A stretch of DNA of 63,729 bases, the filler included, from Collodictyon triciliatum (lineage: Eukaryota), in the NCBI GenBank assembly GCA_043381765.1. It is 4 parts of 4 records of this genome, joined end to end, with 100 filler letters (N's around TTAATTAATTAA, not from the genome) between each part and the next. Parts side by side here need not be neighbours in the genome. Positions count along the whole stretch, not along the records: positions 18,127 to 36,103 come from JBHJMP010001413.1; positions 36,204 to 54,155 come from JBHJMP010001414.1; 2 more parts are not named here. One strand, written 5' to 3'. Numbering within the stretch: position 1 is the stretch's first letter; the number at the start of each line of letters is the position of its first letter. The notes beneath the pieces were generated by a model. It worked only from the letters and a program-made list of their open reading frames with translations. It was not told the DNA's origin and made no database searches. Positions 27,384-40,298 of the stretch are shown piece after piece. The position numbers and the translations under genes are program-made.

Positions 27384-29766
27384 ATCTATTCTATAATCTC
27401 TGAAGTTTTCCGCACCATGCCACTGCATTTCCCTTATTCGCGAGCAAAAAACTGAGTCAGTATTTCTCCCTCGCCCAGAGCCGAGCCGACCAGCAGAGTT
27501 TCTGTTGGGCGCCTTCCGGAGGGCGTGTCCGAGGCTGAAATCGCTCAGGTACAGAGCCACTCGATACGATTCGATGCAAAAGGACACACCATGAAAACAA
27601 ACAAGAGATATGAATTCCGAAAACCCAAAAAAAAAACCCAAAGAACCGGAAAAAAAAAAAAGCAAAAAACAAAGCCATTAACACATGCGTGTCTTTGAAA
27701 GGCTGACGAGGAAACGGAGCAGCAGATGATGGCCGCTCTCCGCAAGTAAGGCCGAAAGCAGCATCCGGCCACTTCATCCAGTCATCCGACGAACCATAGT
27801 TACAATCATCCCAGCCCTAATGCAGTGTGTTGACTTTGAATTGACCCACATAGCATGGCATCCTCATGCAAGCACACATACAAATAAATACGCCGCACCC
27901 CACTTCAACTTTTCCCTGACTGCAGCCACGGGTAGATCGAAAGCAATGGCTGGAGGCCTGCCACGGTGACAGCTGCACAACCTCGCAGCCTAATACCGCC
28001 ACCTCCTGCCTAGAAAAACTAGTCGGCTAGGAAGCGGCAGACGAGATGCGGCCCTAACAGGCTGGTCCACGAGTCTCTCGCGCCGATGTCCGACCACAGT
28101 TTTATTGACAAAGAAATCACAATGCCGATTAAATCACAAACAGGAGCAGCGAGCTTGCGAGAATCTTGTTGATTAACACCGGTCATGTGCACTCGCAGCC
28201 ATTGGATTGTCACACAATCGGAAATCATGTTGTCGCACACATGTCACGCCCGCACTAAACGACACAGCCACTGACAGGAATGATGCTGAGCGGCGCGATG
28301 ACCGACATCCACAATACGGCGGAGACAGTGGTTGCCGATGCGGAGGCTGAGCAGGAAGTTATGCGCATCGAGACAGAAGGGAAAAGTAGAAGGAAAAGGA
28401 AAGGGGCGAGGGTTTAAGCTCCAAAGAACGAATACACCAGCAGAATCGCCTGGAGACAGGCTTCACACCGCGCAGCCCAACGCAGCAATCACTCTATGTT
28501 CCAAGGGTGCAAAGCCTTGTCGAATGACCAACTTGCTCGTGTGATTCGTTCCTTGTTTGGTTGCTTCGCCCTCGCCCCGTTTTCTTCCGTTTTCTTTTTG
28601 CTCCTTTCTCTTCCCCTATCTGTGAGATGCTGCTTCTATAGTCTTGTTCGTGCGAGTGCATCTTGGTGTCACAAGCAACGACTTTGAAGAGCGAAAAAAA
28701 GAAGTCTCTGCCTTCAACCTAAACATGTCCCCGCCATACCTTGCACAGCCCAGTATCATTACGATTCACTCTCGTCTGTGTGGTTTCAATAAAAGCGTGT
28801 TTGGGAAAAAGAAAAGAGGTCATTCACACAGAGCAGTCCAGTTTGTTGTGAATGCAAGGTAAGGACGTGCAAAGCACAGATGCTTAGTACCATGAAGCAA
28901 ACAATCGAATACATATTCTCGTCACCCTTCGCCTGCATTGTGATTCGAGTGAATCCACTGCATGCACTATGAAAAAACCTTCAATTGTTTTTTGGGGTGA
29001 AGAAGCCGAAAGCTTTGCAGAATTCCATTTTTTTCTGTCTTAACAACTGCAAAGCCCAGGAATACAGAGGCTATGAAACGGGATGGTATACCGAGTTGAC
29101 CATAACCATCTCGGGTTTAGTAACTAAACTTCCAATGACATACACATTCAGAGGAAGGACACCATCCACTTCATTTCCATTCTATTGCTGTGACTTCATA
29201 CAATCGTCACAGAAAAATGAATCGACACGTCGTCTTCTCGACCACCAAACCAACATGTAGGCAAGGACATAGTACAGCGACTTCATATTCTCGAATACCT
29301 CACAAGGACGAAAGTGACAAAGAATCAGATTGTCATGTTTGCTCTTTAAACAACGCGTGCATGAGCATTATATCCCTAGAATTGTATTCACAATTACCAG
29401 CTTGCTGTGATATAAACCCAGATCGATTTCCTGAAGTTACTCTAGGCTATAGTGAGTCCGTAAACCCTTGCATTAAGGCGGAAGTCAAGAAAGCCAACAG
29501 GTTAGCCTTACGGCTGATGTATCGGTTCAAGTTTCCAAATGCAGGGTCCTGGCTTAGCCAACCTTTACACAAGTTCAGAGGAAGAAACAACTATTAGTAA
29601 AGTTCATAATTCAACCATAATGCACAATCTTGTTCGGCGCATTGATTTCATAGGTTTTTTTTATTGATATTATTTCTTGGAAATATAGATACTCTGTTTG
29701 ACATTCCTGTTCAATCTTGTTCCTGACTATTTTAATGAATTTAATGTCTGTATGTGGTGATTGGTG

Positions 29767-32700
29767 CTAGCTCTGCTCATTTCTTAATCGTCGGTCACTA
29801 AGGCCACCCAAATTACGCAGTTCCAGAGACGACTGAACACGGTTGGCTTTTGTTGACGAAAAGCGAAATGCCTTTATCATTTACAGTTTTTAGTTATCTC
29901 TTCTCCCCACTTCCCAATCAAATGGTGCATAATTCATAAAGTAAATTGGTGGATTGATTACGATTACGTTGTCAATGGCGATGACAATAAAAAAAACTTT
30001 TACAGGATTTCTCTTTTAAATTTTTTTTGTTTCATCCAACCTGAAGAAGCTCCTTGGCGGCGTCAATATCTTCGACAAAATACTTTGCTTGACTTGGTTT
30101 TCGACCAACAGTCACAGTAAAGACACTTGTAGACTATTGTTTAGATGAATTATAAATCCGTGTCTAAAGAACCACTTCTTCTGCAATGCAAACGAAAAAA
30201 AAAATCAATTTGTTTTAGACAAGTGTCAATTATGTGTTTTTTCAAAGAACCACTGGGCAGTGAGGTATACGTTATTAGAGTCTGGGTAGCGCGACTTTAG
30301 GAATGAAAACATGTCTTCGTCAGAACGATCGTCGCCCACAGCTAGGACAAAGTCAGGTTCTCTCGGTTCATCCGAGCAAGATTCATTAATAATCCTCTGA
30401 AGTGCAACACCCTATGTTTGCATATTGAATATTTTGAAGGCCAGTTTTTCAAATTTAGCGACTAAAATCCATTGATCATACATAAATGTTATTCACCTTG
30501 TCGACACCTTTCAACTTCACCTCAAGAAGTCCTTTACCATGAAACACTTGCAGGTCAAAGTTAGTCAAGATGTTCTGTAGGTGGTCGTAAAGTTCTTTAG
30601 CTTGCAAGGCTCCAAACTCTGGGTCGCAATCTCTGTATCTCCACACCAATGTACTATCTTTAACCTTTAAAAGACAAAGAATTTTGATTTTAAATCTCAA
30701 ATAGCCTAACCTCCCATCGAGTCACGAGAGCAAAGCAGGGAGTAAAGAAGTAAAGTCGGCAACAGAATAGTAAAAGCCTCAAATAAATGCGAATGTGCAC
30801 CCACAACGTATATGCTCTTTAGTCAAGTGAATATAGGAAAAAGAAAAAAGAAGAAAGAGGTCATATCCTTTGTTTAATCGATTTTCATCTATACATCTAG
30901 TGTGGCGCCGTCTGTCCTTTCGGTGTAAAGGTCACATACGGTCGCAGCTGGTTGCATCCATGAAAAGTCTGCTTCAGGGTCGAGTTGGTTCCACGATTCG
31001 GAACCAGGTCTTTTATAAAAAAATCCGTGTTCTGATGCGAGCCCGATATTTTGAATAGAGGAGAACCAGCCATCGACGATGGAGCGCTGGCGCCCGCTTA
31101 TGATATATACAGAATTCTTCGGGTCGGCGCAGAGGAACTGATTATTTTAATACGTTTGTTTATTTTGAGTGAATACAGAGAAAATATAGATATATACAAA
31201 AAAAAAAAAAAAAAAGAAGGCATCCAATTGGATGACAAAGAAAAAAGTAGAAATGAATCTCTTCGATTATACGTGAAAGTCGGATGCATACCGCAATATT
31301 GGACAGCACTTGTTCATCAGGCGCAGCGAGCTGTGCAATTGATAGCTCCAAAGACCGAAGTGTTCCTTCATAGTCGAGAAATATCATCCGATTTTGGCTT
31401 TGCTGGTATGCTTTCACAACCTTCTCATCGAAAATAATAGGTCAAATTAAAAAAGAAAAGAAAAGAAAGAGGAAACGTGTTCAAATAAACGAAGAAAAAA
31501 GACCAATAATAGAAAAACGCAAACCCTAGAGTATTCCAATCGTTTGAAATCAGCACCAAACTCAAGAACACGATATCCCAACCCAAGGCCAAGGCCAAGG
31601 AACGAGGCTGTGTTCGATGCATCAGATGATTTTTCCAAATCTTTTAGGAAGTTAAGGGCCCAGAACGTTGTTGAGTGTGTTTTGATGTATTCACAATCCT
31701 TTTCATATCGAATTCTGTTTTGGTTAAGGCATCAATATAAAAAAAAAATAAGCAAAGACAATCTGGGAAGCAGAGAAAGGATATTTATGCTTCGTGAGCT
31801 AATTATTTTATAAAAAAAAAAATTCCTTAAAAAAAATGGCAAGTAAGGATTTGAATACATGACTTTAACTTGCATCTATCACACAACATTTTATAGTTAC
31901 GAGAGATATGAGATTACTGGCGCTCCTTGCTATCCATGCTGAAGGCCTTGTCTATTGAGACAACAATATCTTCTGTGCTGAGGGGATTTACTCGGATGGC
32001 ACCGCTAAGCGACCTCGCGCATCCGGCAAATTCCGAGACAATAACGACGCCCTTCTTGCTTTGGCAGGATATCAGATACTCATATGGAACAAGATTGAGC
32101 CCATCTCGAAGAGATGTCACAAGGACACCATCAGAGATACAGTAAAGAGCTACACGTTCTTCAAAGTCGATATCTTTCTCAATCAGGACAATCGGTTCAT
32201 AGCTATCATTAGTATTTTCGGTGAGATATTTCATGAAGAAAATACATCGCCAAGGTTGAGAACCTTCAGCCAATCATTTTCTAGCAATCAATTATTTGTA
32301 TACATATTTTTTTTTTGAAAAAAAAACCTTATTGAAGGATTTCCATATGCTGCATTAATACGATGGGCGATTTCTTTCAATTCAGAACTGAGAGGGTCGC
32401 ACTCAAGAGAAAGATACCTCGGTATACACACCTTTATCACCACATCAATTAAATGATATTAGAAGCGATATGATATTTTTTTCTTATCTGTCTTCTGATG
32501 CATATAATTCGATACAAGCTTTCAAAAATATATCGATTGGTTAAGATTCCAAAAAAAAAAAAAACCAGATAATTACTTGAATTAGGACAAGTTTTCCTCT
32601 GTATCGAGGATGGTCTCGTAGTAAAGCTTCAATTGCGAGCATCTTGTGCCCAACGCCCTGTTTTAAGCGCATTCGTGAATAAATATTTAATTTATGTGGG

Positions 32701-35494
32701 CACCAATAATCCGAAACACAATTCCAAATAAAATAATCAGCACGTATGGAAGCAATTTCTACACAAATAAAAAGAGGAAGAGAGCAGAGTTCTTTTAGAT
32801 TATCATAGCATACTTTGAGCCTTTCAAGTGCGTCCACACCGGATAAAACTATCTGACCGGCATACTTTTCGAGGTTTGCTCTAGTGCTTTGAATGACGCC
32901 CTCTCTTTTCGTAGCATCTTGAAAAAGCTGTGGGTCTATGCCTATATGTGTAACGCGCACCATAACCTGACAGATCATTCATTAATATTTGAAAAATTTT
33001 TTTTAAAAAAATTAAAACAAGAAACATCGTACAAACGATTGACAAAATTAGGGGACTCAATATTAATGTTAATCATGTAATAATGCGCTATTTTCCCAAA
33101 TATATAAACATTCGTACATGATTATCACACAGATATTGTGACTCTGGGGCCAAAAATAAAATAAAATCAATCCGTAGAAATTAAAGAAACCATGCGGCCC
33201 AAATGATGCTAAATTTCTTACTTGGCGCCCGTTGTATTCAATGCCTAAAAATCCTCCTCTTCTAGAATCGTATTCAAGCCCAAGAAGCCGTTTACAACAA
33301 GTGAGGAAATGGCGCGCGTACTCAAACATTTGGAATCCGATTAGTGATGCAGATAGAAGCCCGTGCAATAATTCGATGCGAATAGGTAAAACACGAAATA
33401 TCTGCACTCGTTAGATTTAGAATCATTTAAAGCGTGCATCTATTTACAATATAAAACTAAAGTAAGATATCATCATGAGACTAACACAAGAGAGAGAGAG
33501 AACCTAGAGACAGTTTTCAATCCAATATGAAGTAGAGACAATACCAAGAGAGCTCATATACCTCTGATGAAGGAAAAGGAGTGTGCAGGAATATTCCAAT
33601 ATGCGCTCGGTACAGAGCCATGCGACGTCTCAGATAGGACGGAAGGAGAATAAGGTGGTAGTCATGAATCCATATCATGTCACTCTCCCGATAAATCTGC
33701 ATGATTCTTTGGGCAAACATATTATTCACAAGGCAGTATGATTTCCAGCAATCACTATCGAAGGGTCGGGAGCGATCTTTGAGTTCGACGATGTGATGGA
33801 AGATAGGCCATAGTGTTTCCTTTTGTAATAAAACGGGGTAGTAAATAATAAAAATTCAAAAAGAAAATGTGGATATTTCAAGTATAAGAGCCATTGGAGA
33901 TATATGTGTGTGTGAGTAATAATTGAACTATCAATCAACAATATCTGAACCCAAAAATGATATGTTTCTGTTAAATTATTCTGAAGAGAATTAACATTAA
34001 AATTAAATCAGAGAAGAAAGCTTGCCTTGCAAAATCCGACATAGTGCTTCGTTCTTAGCTCTTCGCTTACCCACACTGGAATGCAATTGAACCTCTCCAA
34101 AAGAATGGCTTGTGCACTTTCTTGTTCCTCTGGAGGAATGACTAAGTCGTCCACTATTCCGACCCAACTTTAAAATGGAGAAAAAAAAGGGAAAAAGAAG
34201 GGAAAAAGAAGGGAAAAAGAAGGGAAAAAGAAGAGAAAAAGAAGAGAAAAAAAAGAGAAAAAAAAGAGAAAAAGAAGAGAAAAAAAAGAGAAAAAAAAGA
34301 GAAAAAAAAGAGAAAAAAAAGAGAAAAAAAGAGAAAAAAAGAGAAAAAAAAGAGAAAAAGAAAAGAAAAAGAAAAAGAAAAAGAAAAAGAAAAGAAAAAG
34401 AAAAAGAAAAAGAAAAGAAAAAGAAAAGAAAAAGAAAAGAAAAAGAAAAGAAAAAGAAAAGAAAAAGAAAAAGTAGAAGTAAAATTAGAATACGTTTTGT
34501 GGTTGCTAAACTGAAAGGACCGAAAATCAAGGAGTAATCTGAACGGACTTAAAGAGATGGCGGGCCCTTACCGAATATCGAATTTTCCTTCTAACCCAGC
34601 CCGAAGCCCGTTCGACGTAAAATACAGCGCATCACTATCCCATGTGAATACTAATTCCTTGGACTCCGGGTCGCGTTTTGCCCTCACTGGTAATCTATAC
34701 AGCACAACAATCACAGAGCCCTGCTTCTCCTCTCCCATAGTGGATTTTTTCTACAGGAATGTAAATTACCTCACAAATCACATAATCCTTTGTCATTTTT
34801 TGGGGGAAATACAGCAAATATTACACGAAGTAGCCATACAGACAAGGGGCAAATATTATTTACTTTTTTCTTATTATTTAAAAAAATTAATAATCAATAA
34901 TAATCACCTTCTCATTTGTCGTTTCTTTATTCGTCTGTTGTTTGGTAGATAAGATAGGATGAACACTGACCGAGCGGGCGCGACGTTCGATGCTCCTTTT
35001 CAACTCAGGGATGCATTCTCTATTAGGCAGAATATCGCCGAAGCGCCCGTCGTCAACATTGACAGAGTCTCCTTCAGTTGCAAGCCTTCTGTTAAAAGGC
35101 GTCGATTCCCACTCAATATCCCCGTCTTCGCTCTGTCGCACATACTTGTACTCGACCAGTAGATTGATGGGAAGTGGCACTGTGATGGACCAGACAGGGT
35201 AGCTAATGCGTTGCGTTCCACGCACAAATATAAGCAAGTTACAAAGAAGAAGATTGAACATCGCCCATTTTCTCAATGACAAAATGGGTTCGTGAGTTTT
35301 GGGATATCCCATATTATATATATATATATTAACCAATAGGGTAGTAGATGAATTGGTTCTGGTCATATAATTTATGCATGCCATGCTCTGATGTAATTGA
35401 AAGGTATGAAAGAATTTTTGCAATAAAACAAAAAAATTCGAAATAAATAGGCGAGCGATATAAACGCGTGTGTCTTCACAAAGAAAAAAGAAGA

Positions 35495-35532
<38 letters not shown>

Positions 35533-35966
35533 AAGAGGAATGCACCATTTTTCGCAGGTATGCATCGACACGCCTTTTAATGGATTCCAAGAGCCTATAA
35601 GAGTACGATAAAATATCAAAATTAATTGCAAAAATTCAAAACAATGAGAGAAAATTATGAATTAAAAATATTATCAGAAGCGATCATGAACAAAAAGAAG
35701 AAGAAAAGGAGAAAATTGCACAAGCAGTGATGAATTAATTAAATCTATCGCTCTAGGAAAGATTTCAAAAGTCAAAACATAAACACGCCAATTAATATAT
35801 GAAACCAACCTAGAGAAGGACAGTCGCCCACAACTCTGAGACACTGCCCAAAAAGCGTGTGCGCTTCGACCTTAAACGTGACATTCGTGAAGAGAACTTT
35901 GCGCGGGCCGATGAGACTCGATCCACTCTGCGGTGGTGTGCGAAGTTGTGTCGCGTGTGGATGCAT
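29767..35966 (-). CDS. Trehalose-6-phosphate synthase/phosphatase fusion (GT20 + HAD) with N-terminal CBM20 starch-binding domain; about 16 exons
   Basis: CBM20: VTFKVEAHTLFGQCLRVVGDCPSLG/SWNP...YPVWSITV...VEYKYV...IEWES. GT20: LYRLP, WVG, HYVGFCK/ETLWPIFH, IWIHDYHL, FLHTPFPSSE/IFR, SLRDGLNLVPYEY, SEFAG. TPP: FLDYEGTL, ISGR, ASEHG, GVDK/G, VGDDRSDEDMF, TVGRKPSQAKYF. The start codon is tentative because it lies near a linker. Confidence 0.93.
34178..34472. repeat. Purine-rich low-complexity tract in a TPS intron
   Basis: Direct reading. Source of the spurious K/R/E and F-rich ORFs. Confidence 0.9.
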
Positions 35967-36059
35967 CACAGTCCGCTGCTTTCCGAGTCGTTAGATGGCA
36001 GACACTTCGAATAGAGACCAAAAAGACAAAAACAAAAAAAAAGAAAAGAAAAAAAAAGA

Positions 36060-36103
<44 letters not shown>

Positions 36104-36203
36104 NNNNNNNNNNNNNNNNNNNNNNNNNNNNNNNNNNNNNNNNNNNNTTAATTAATTAANNNNNNNNNNNNNNNNNNNNNNNNNNNNNNNNNNNNNNNNN
36201 NNN
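36104..36203. other. Artificial contig linker N-TTAATTAATTAA-N
   Basis: Same structure as the linker at 18027-18126. Confidence 0.95.
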
Positions 36204-36301
36204 TGTTTTTTGTTTTTTGTTTTTTGTTTTTTGTTTTTTGTTTTTTGTTTTTTGTTTTTTGTTTTTTGTTTTTTGTTTTTTGTTTTTTGTTTTTTGTTTT
36301 T
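36204..36301. repeat. (TTTTTTG)n heptamer microsatellite
   Basis: Direct reading. Confidence 0.95.
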
Positions 36302-37713
36302 CAAACTTTGGTGTTCTCCGTGTCGATCCTGCCGGAAGCCTTATCGCAAATTGGGCGCAACAAAAAAAAAACGTCTCTCTGCAACGCAACGATTCATTGA
36401 AAGCTCTGAAACGGAGGAAACAAACGGATCGTTGGGGTAGAATCAAGGTGCTCGCGCCCTGCCAATTTGCAACTCTGGCACCGACACACCAACCGAGTGC
36501 ACATTCTGTGTTGTAGGAATGAGTTGGTGGTCAGAAAGGCACATACAACCAATGTTCTAATTAGCTTCATTGTTTTCTTTCGTTATATTATCCGATGAAT
36601 TTATTTGGTGAGTTCCTATGGCTTGTGCTGAATCCCAATGATTTTCAATTGCAAGGAATGCATCTGCAACAGAACAGAAATATATGATAAAAGTACATTC
36701 ATTCACCAGAATTGAAATGCATCCAACTAGTTGTGTCTGCGCGCAAAAGCCTTACATCCCACCACCAAGTTATTTCTCAACACAAGATGTGTGAGTGTCA
36801 TGTCTCGTTCCTCACCCCTCACCCACCCTTAAATATAGATGCGATGAAATAAGCCGCTGAAAAAAACTTGGCGAAATTCATATATTGGATTCTAAAGGCG
36901 AATTGTAAAAATTTTCAGGTATTTGGCAGAAAATGCAGTGGTATTGGGTTGGTTAAAAAGAAAAAAATTATTATCTGATAACCAAGAGACTCATGCAGAA
37001 CGGTATTAGAATTATGGGATATTGCCTATAGATATGTAAATCTTGAAATTCTCGCTTTCCTCCGCACCGCGTGATATGTTCTTTCCTTTATTTGATTTCA
37101 GTGACTGAGCAAGATAACATGGATGTGGGAGGGGAAACCCAGGTGGGACTACGCACTTATGAATTTGTTTTCAATTTTTTTTAAAAAAACAAAATTAAGG
37201 AATTACAGTTACTATCTAATGAAATATTTAGAATGCAACATCTATCCACTCAAACATCTATGTTTGTTCTCTGGGACCTCTCACATTCGCACATTTGATG
37301 GAGTTGGCGAGGCTGCATCTTATCTCCAGGCGCGGGACATCCAAACAGCACCCCCAAACCCACTTTTCAGCCGCTTCCTCCCCTTGTTCAAAAAGAATAT
37401 TTCCAGAATTATTTTCAATGCATTTACCCACATTTGGATAATCTTCGTTACGCAATCATGACGTCATCGCCTAGCCAACGAACCAAAGCCAAAGCCAAAG
37501 CCAAAGCGGAAGCAAATCCAACAAACAAGTCCAAAACACGTCGCCACCAAACCAGAATAAATGGTAGAAAAAAAAAGCCCACGATTCGCTATCAAAGTCT
37601 GCCACGCGGCGAGCAGAAGAGAGAGTCGAATTCCTGTGCAGGAAACACACGACCCACAAAGCAAATACCCGCGACATAGAACCGCCTCGTCAAGCACCCA
37701 CACTAGCAGCAGC

Positions 37714-39555
37714 ATGAAGGTCTTGGTTGCCGTCAAGCGTGTTGTTGACTATGCCGTGAAGATCCGCGTCCGCCCAGGTTTGTCTGCCCACTGCGCCTCC
37801 TTTGCGTCCTGCCTTGTGTTCCTGTCCTCTTTTCCCGCGACAAACACCCGCAGCCAGAGGCTTGGGCCTACGCAGCTAAACCTCCCTTCTCGACTCTGCA
37901 GACAAGACCGGAATCGAAACAGCCAATGTGAAGATGTCCATGAACCCCTTCGACGAGATCGCTGTAAGTAGGCCGCACCCACACTTCTCCTTGGGGCTGG
38001 CTGTTTCTGCAGGCCTTTATTAGTGCCGCTGCTGCCAGTCCTCCAGAAGCCCCTTCTTCGCCTCGCGTTGTAAACATTTGTAGTGAACAAAGACGAGGCA
38101 CCATCTATCCGTCTGCGGTGCTTGGCACTCGTAGCCAGCCGACATTGGCACTGGGCCTCATGTTATCAATAACTTTTGGGACACATCACAGGTCGAAGAA
38201 GCCGTCCGCCTGAAGGAGAAGGGTGTTGCTAAGGAAGTCATCGCGGTCTCTCTCGGTCCTGTTGGGGTGAGCATTTCCTCAAGCGCTTTCTTTCTCATAC
38301 CCATGTTTGTGTTCTGCTTTGTTTTTATTTTTTCTTGTCCCTTTTAGCTAGCTCTTCAACCAACCTGATATGTTTCTACTATATCATTTGTCCTGCTGGT
38401 TTATTGTGCATGCTCTTTTTCTTTCATTTTCTTTTCTTTTCTTTTCTTTTTAGTTTTTTATTTCGTGGTGTTTTGGTACATCTCGGTCCTAAAATGCCTT
38501 TCATCCTAGTGCCAAGAAACCCTCCGCACAGCTCTTGCCATGGGCGCTGACCGAGCCATCCACGTTTCTACCGATCAGGAACTTCAGCCTCTCTCTGTAA
38601 ACATCATATCTACCAGCCTTACAACATCCTGATATTTTCTCACCCGAATATATTATTCCATCCCTAAAGGTTGCCAAGGTCATTGGAAAGATCGTCCAGC
38701 AAGAGCAGCCTGGTATCGTGGTTGTGGGAAAGCAGGCCATCGATGATGACTCTAACCAGACAGGGCAGATGCTTGCTGGCCTTTTGGACTGGCCTCAGGC
38801 CGCGTTTGCCTCCAAGGTAATTAGCTTCCCCTTTCATGCACCACAGGAAGAGAGAAAAATAAGAAGGGATAAGCATATAGTCTCTAATATTATCCCGGTG
38901 ATGTTAGCCGTTTTATCATGATGTTCATGAGAGCTCTTGCTTCTGCTCGTAGGTTCAAGTGGAAAGTGGAAATCAAAGCCTCACTGTCACCCGTGAGATT
39001 GATGGAGGACTGCAGAATATCAAGGCACTCATTTGCTCTCCCCCAGAGAAACACAAGACGATATAGAAAAAAAAACTAATTCCTCCTTGAACACTTCCTA
39101 ACCATATCGTAGAAACCCCATTCCAAATAAATTCTGAAGAAGAAAAAAGCCCCGCATTCAACAGCCACCAACATCCATCTCAACTAGGTTTCACTTCCTG
39201 CCGTCGTGACGGCTGATCTCCGCCTCAATGAACCACGCTATGCTACTCTCCCGAATATCATGAAAGTTTGTTTGATAAAAATATTCTTTCCTTTGCGCAT
39301 ATCACCTTGATAGCTTTCTCCGTTGCATTAGCGGTGCACGTGATTGCCTTTGCACCCGCATCACACAACATCTCATGAACATAGGCGAAGAAGAAGCCTC
39401 TTGATATTAAAAAGATTGAGGACTTTGGGGTCGACGTCAAGCCCCGCCTTGTCACAGTCTCCGTCTCTGAGCCTCCAGTCCGCCAAGCCGGAAAGAAACT
39501 GGAAAACGTTGACCAGCTCATCGATAAGCTCAAGAATGAGGCTGGTGTTTTGTAA
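37714..39555 (+). CDS. ETFB: Electron transfer flavoprotein beta subunit; 8 exons, one GC-AG intron
   Basis: [51 protein letters not shown].../[19 protein letters not shown]...[30 protein letters not shown]...TREIDGGL...[25 protein letters not shown]...KLKNEAGVL*. Confidence 0.98.
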
Positions 39556-39618
39556 GCCCCGGTGCGAAGAATAAACCCCAACTTTTCCTCAATGGCGATT
39601 GCTCGTTGGTATCTATTG

Positions 39619-39722
39619 TCTTTGCCTTTGTCTTTGTCTTTGTCTTTGTCTTTGTCTTTGTCTTTGTCTTTGTCTTTGTCTTTGTCTTTGTCTTTGTCTT
39701 TGTCTTTGTCTTTGTCTTTGTC
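39619..39722. repeat. (TCTTTG)n microsatellite just downstream of the ETFB stop
   Basis: Direct reading. Confidence 0.95.
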
Positions 39723-40298
39723 ATTTGGAGTGTTAAGCCGAACGCAACGCAACGCAACGCAAGTTTTCACAAATATAACCCTCTCACGAGGGGCGGGTAT
39801 TCAACCGCTTCCGAGTGAACCCATCACGTAGCCTGTCGGCGCGGAAAGAACGCAGGCGAGAAAACCAGGAAATGCGATGCGGTCGACTCGAAACTATCTG
39901 CCTCTTGCTTCGTGCAGTTTTTTTTTTTTTTTTCATCAATATGTTTATCATGCATGAATTGATAACTAAAGATTGCGCTTGCGCGCCTGTCACGGTTTTG
40001 TCCACATAAGATGAAGGCAGTCACAAGCAAAACAACAGGCAAAAGAGGGAGAGAACATGAAGTCTTCGTTTCTTGAACTCACGCCTGCCCTTGAGTTTGG
40101 ACTGAATTGCACTCAACCAGCAAATGCTCAACGCAAAGACTGTCAACTTGTTCATCGTCTGGACAGCCAGCAGGAATATTGGTCAGAGTGGGTGCAATGA
40201 AGAAGGTGTAGATATGGGGATGTACTATTAAGAAGCAAAACAAATAGAATCATCCCTAAATGTTTCTATTACCCACTAAGTGGTTCTGACTTCAAGAA

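Noticed and set aside
27457-28010. Possible small spliced minus-strand gene (...GWDDCNYGSSDDWMKWPDAAFG...)
   Set aside because: Splice sites can be drawn, but there is no convincing start codon or recognisable homology.
28496-29597. Short plus-strand ORFs between SPAG17 and TPS
   Set aside because: No recognisable domain and no consistent exon chain.
34040-34168. Apparent frameshift in a TPS exon suggested by the ORF track
   Set aside because: Re-reading the reverse complement gives a continuous frame WVGIVDDLVIPPEEQESAQAILLERFNCIPVW. The listed ORF is simply a different frame.
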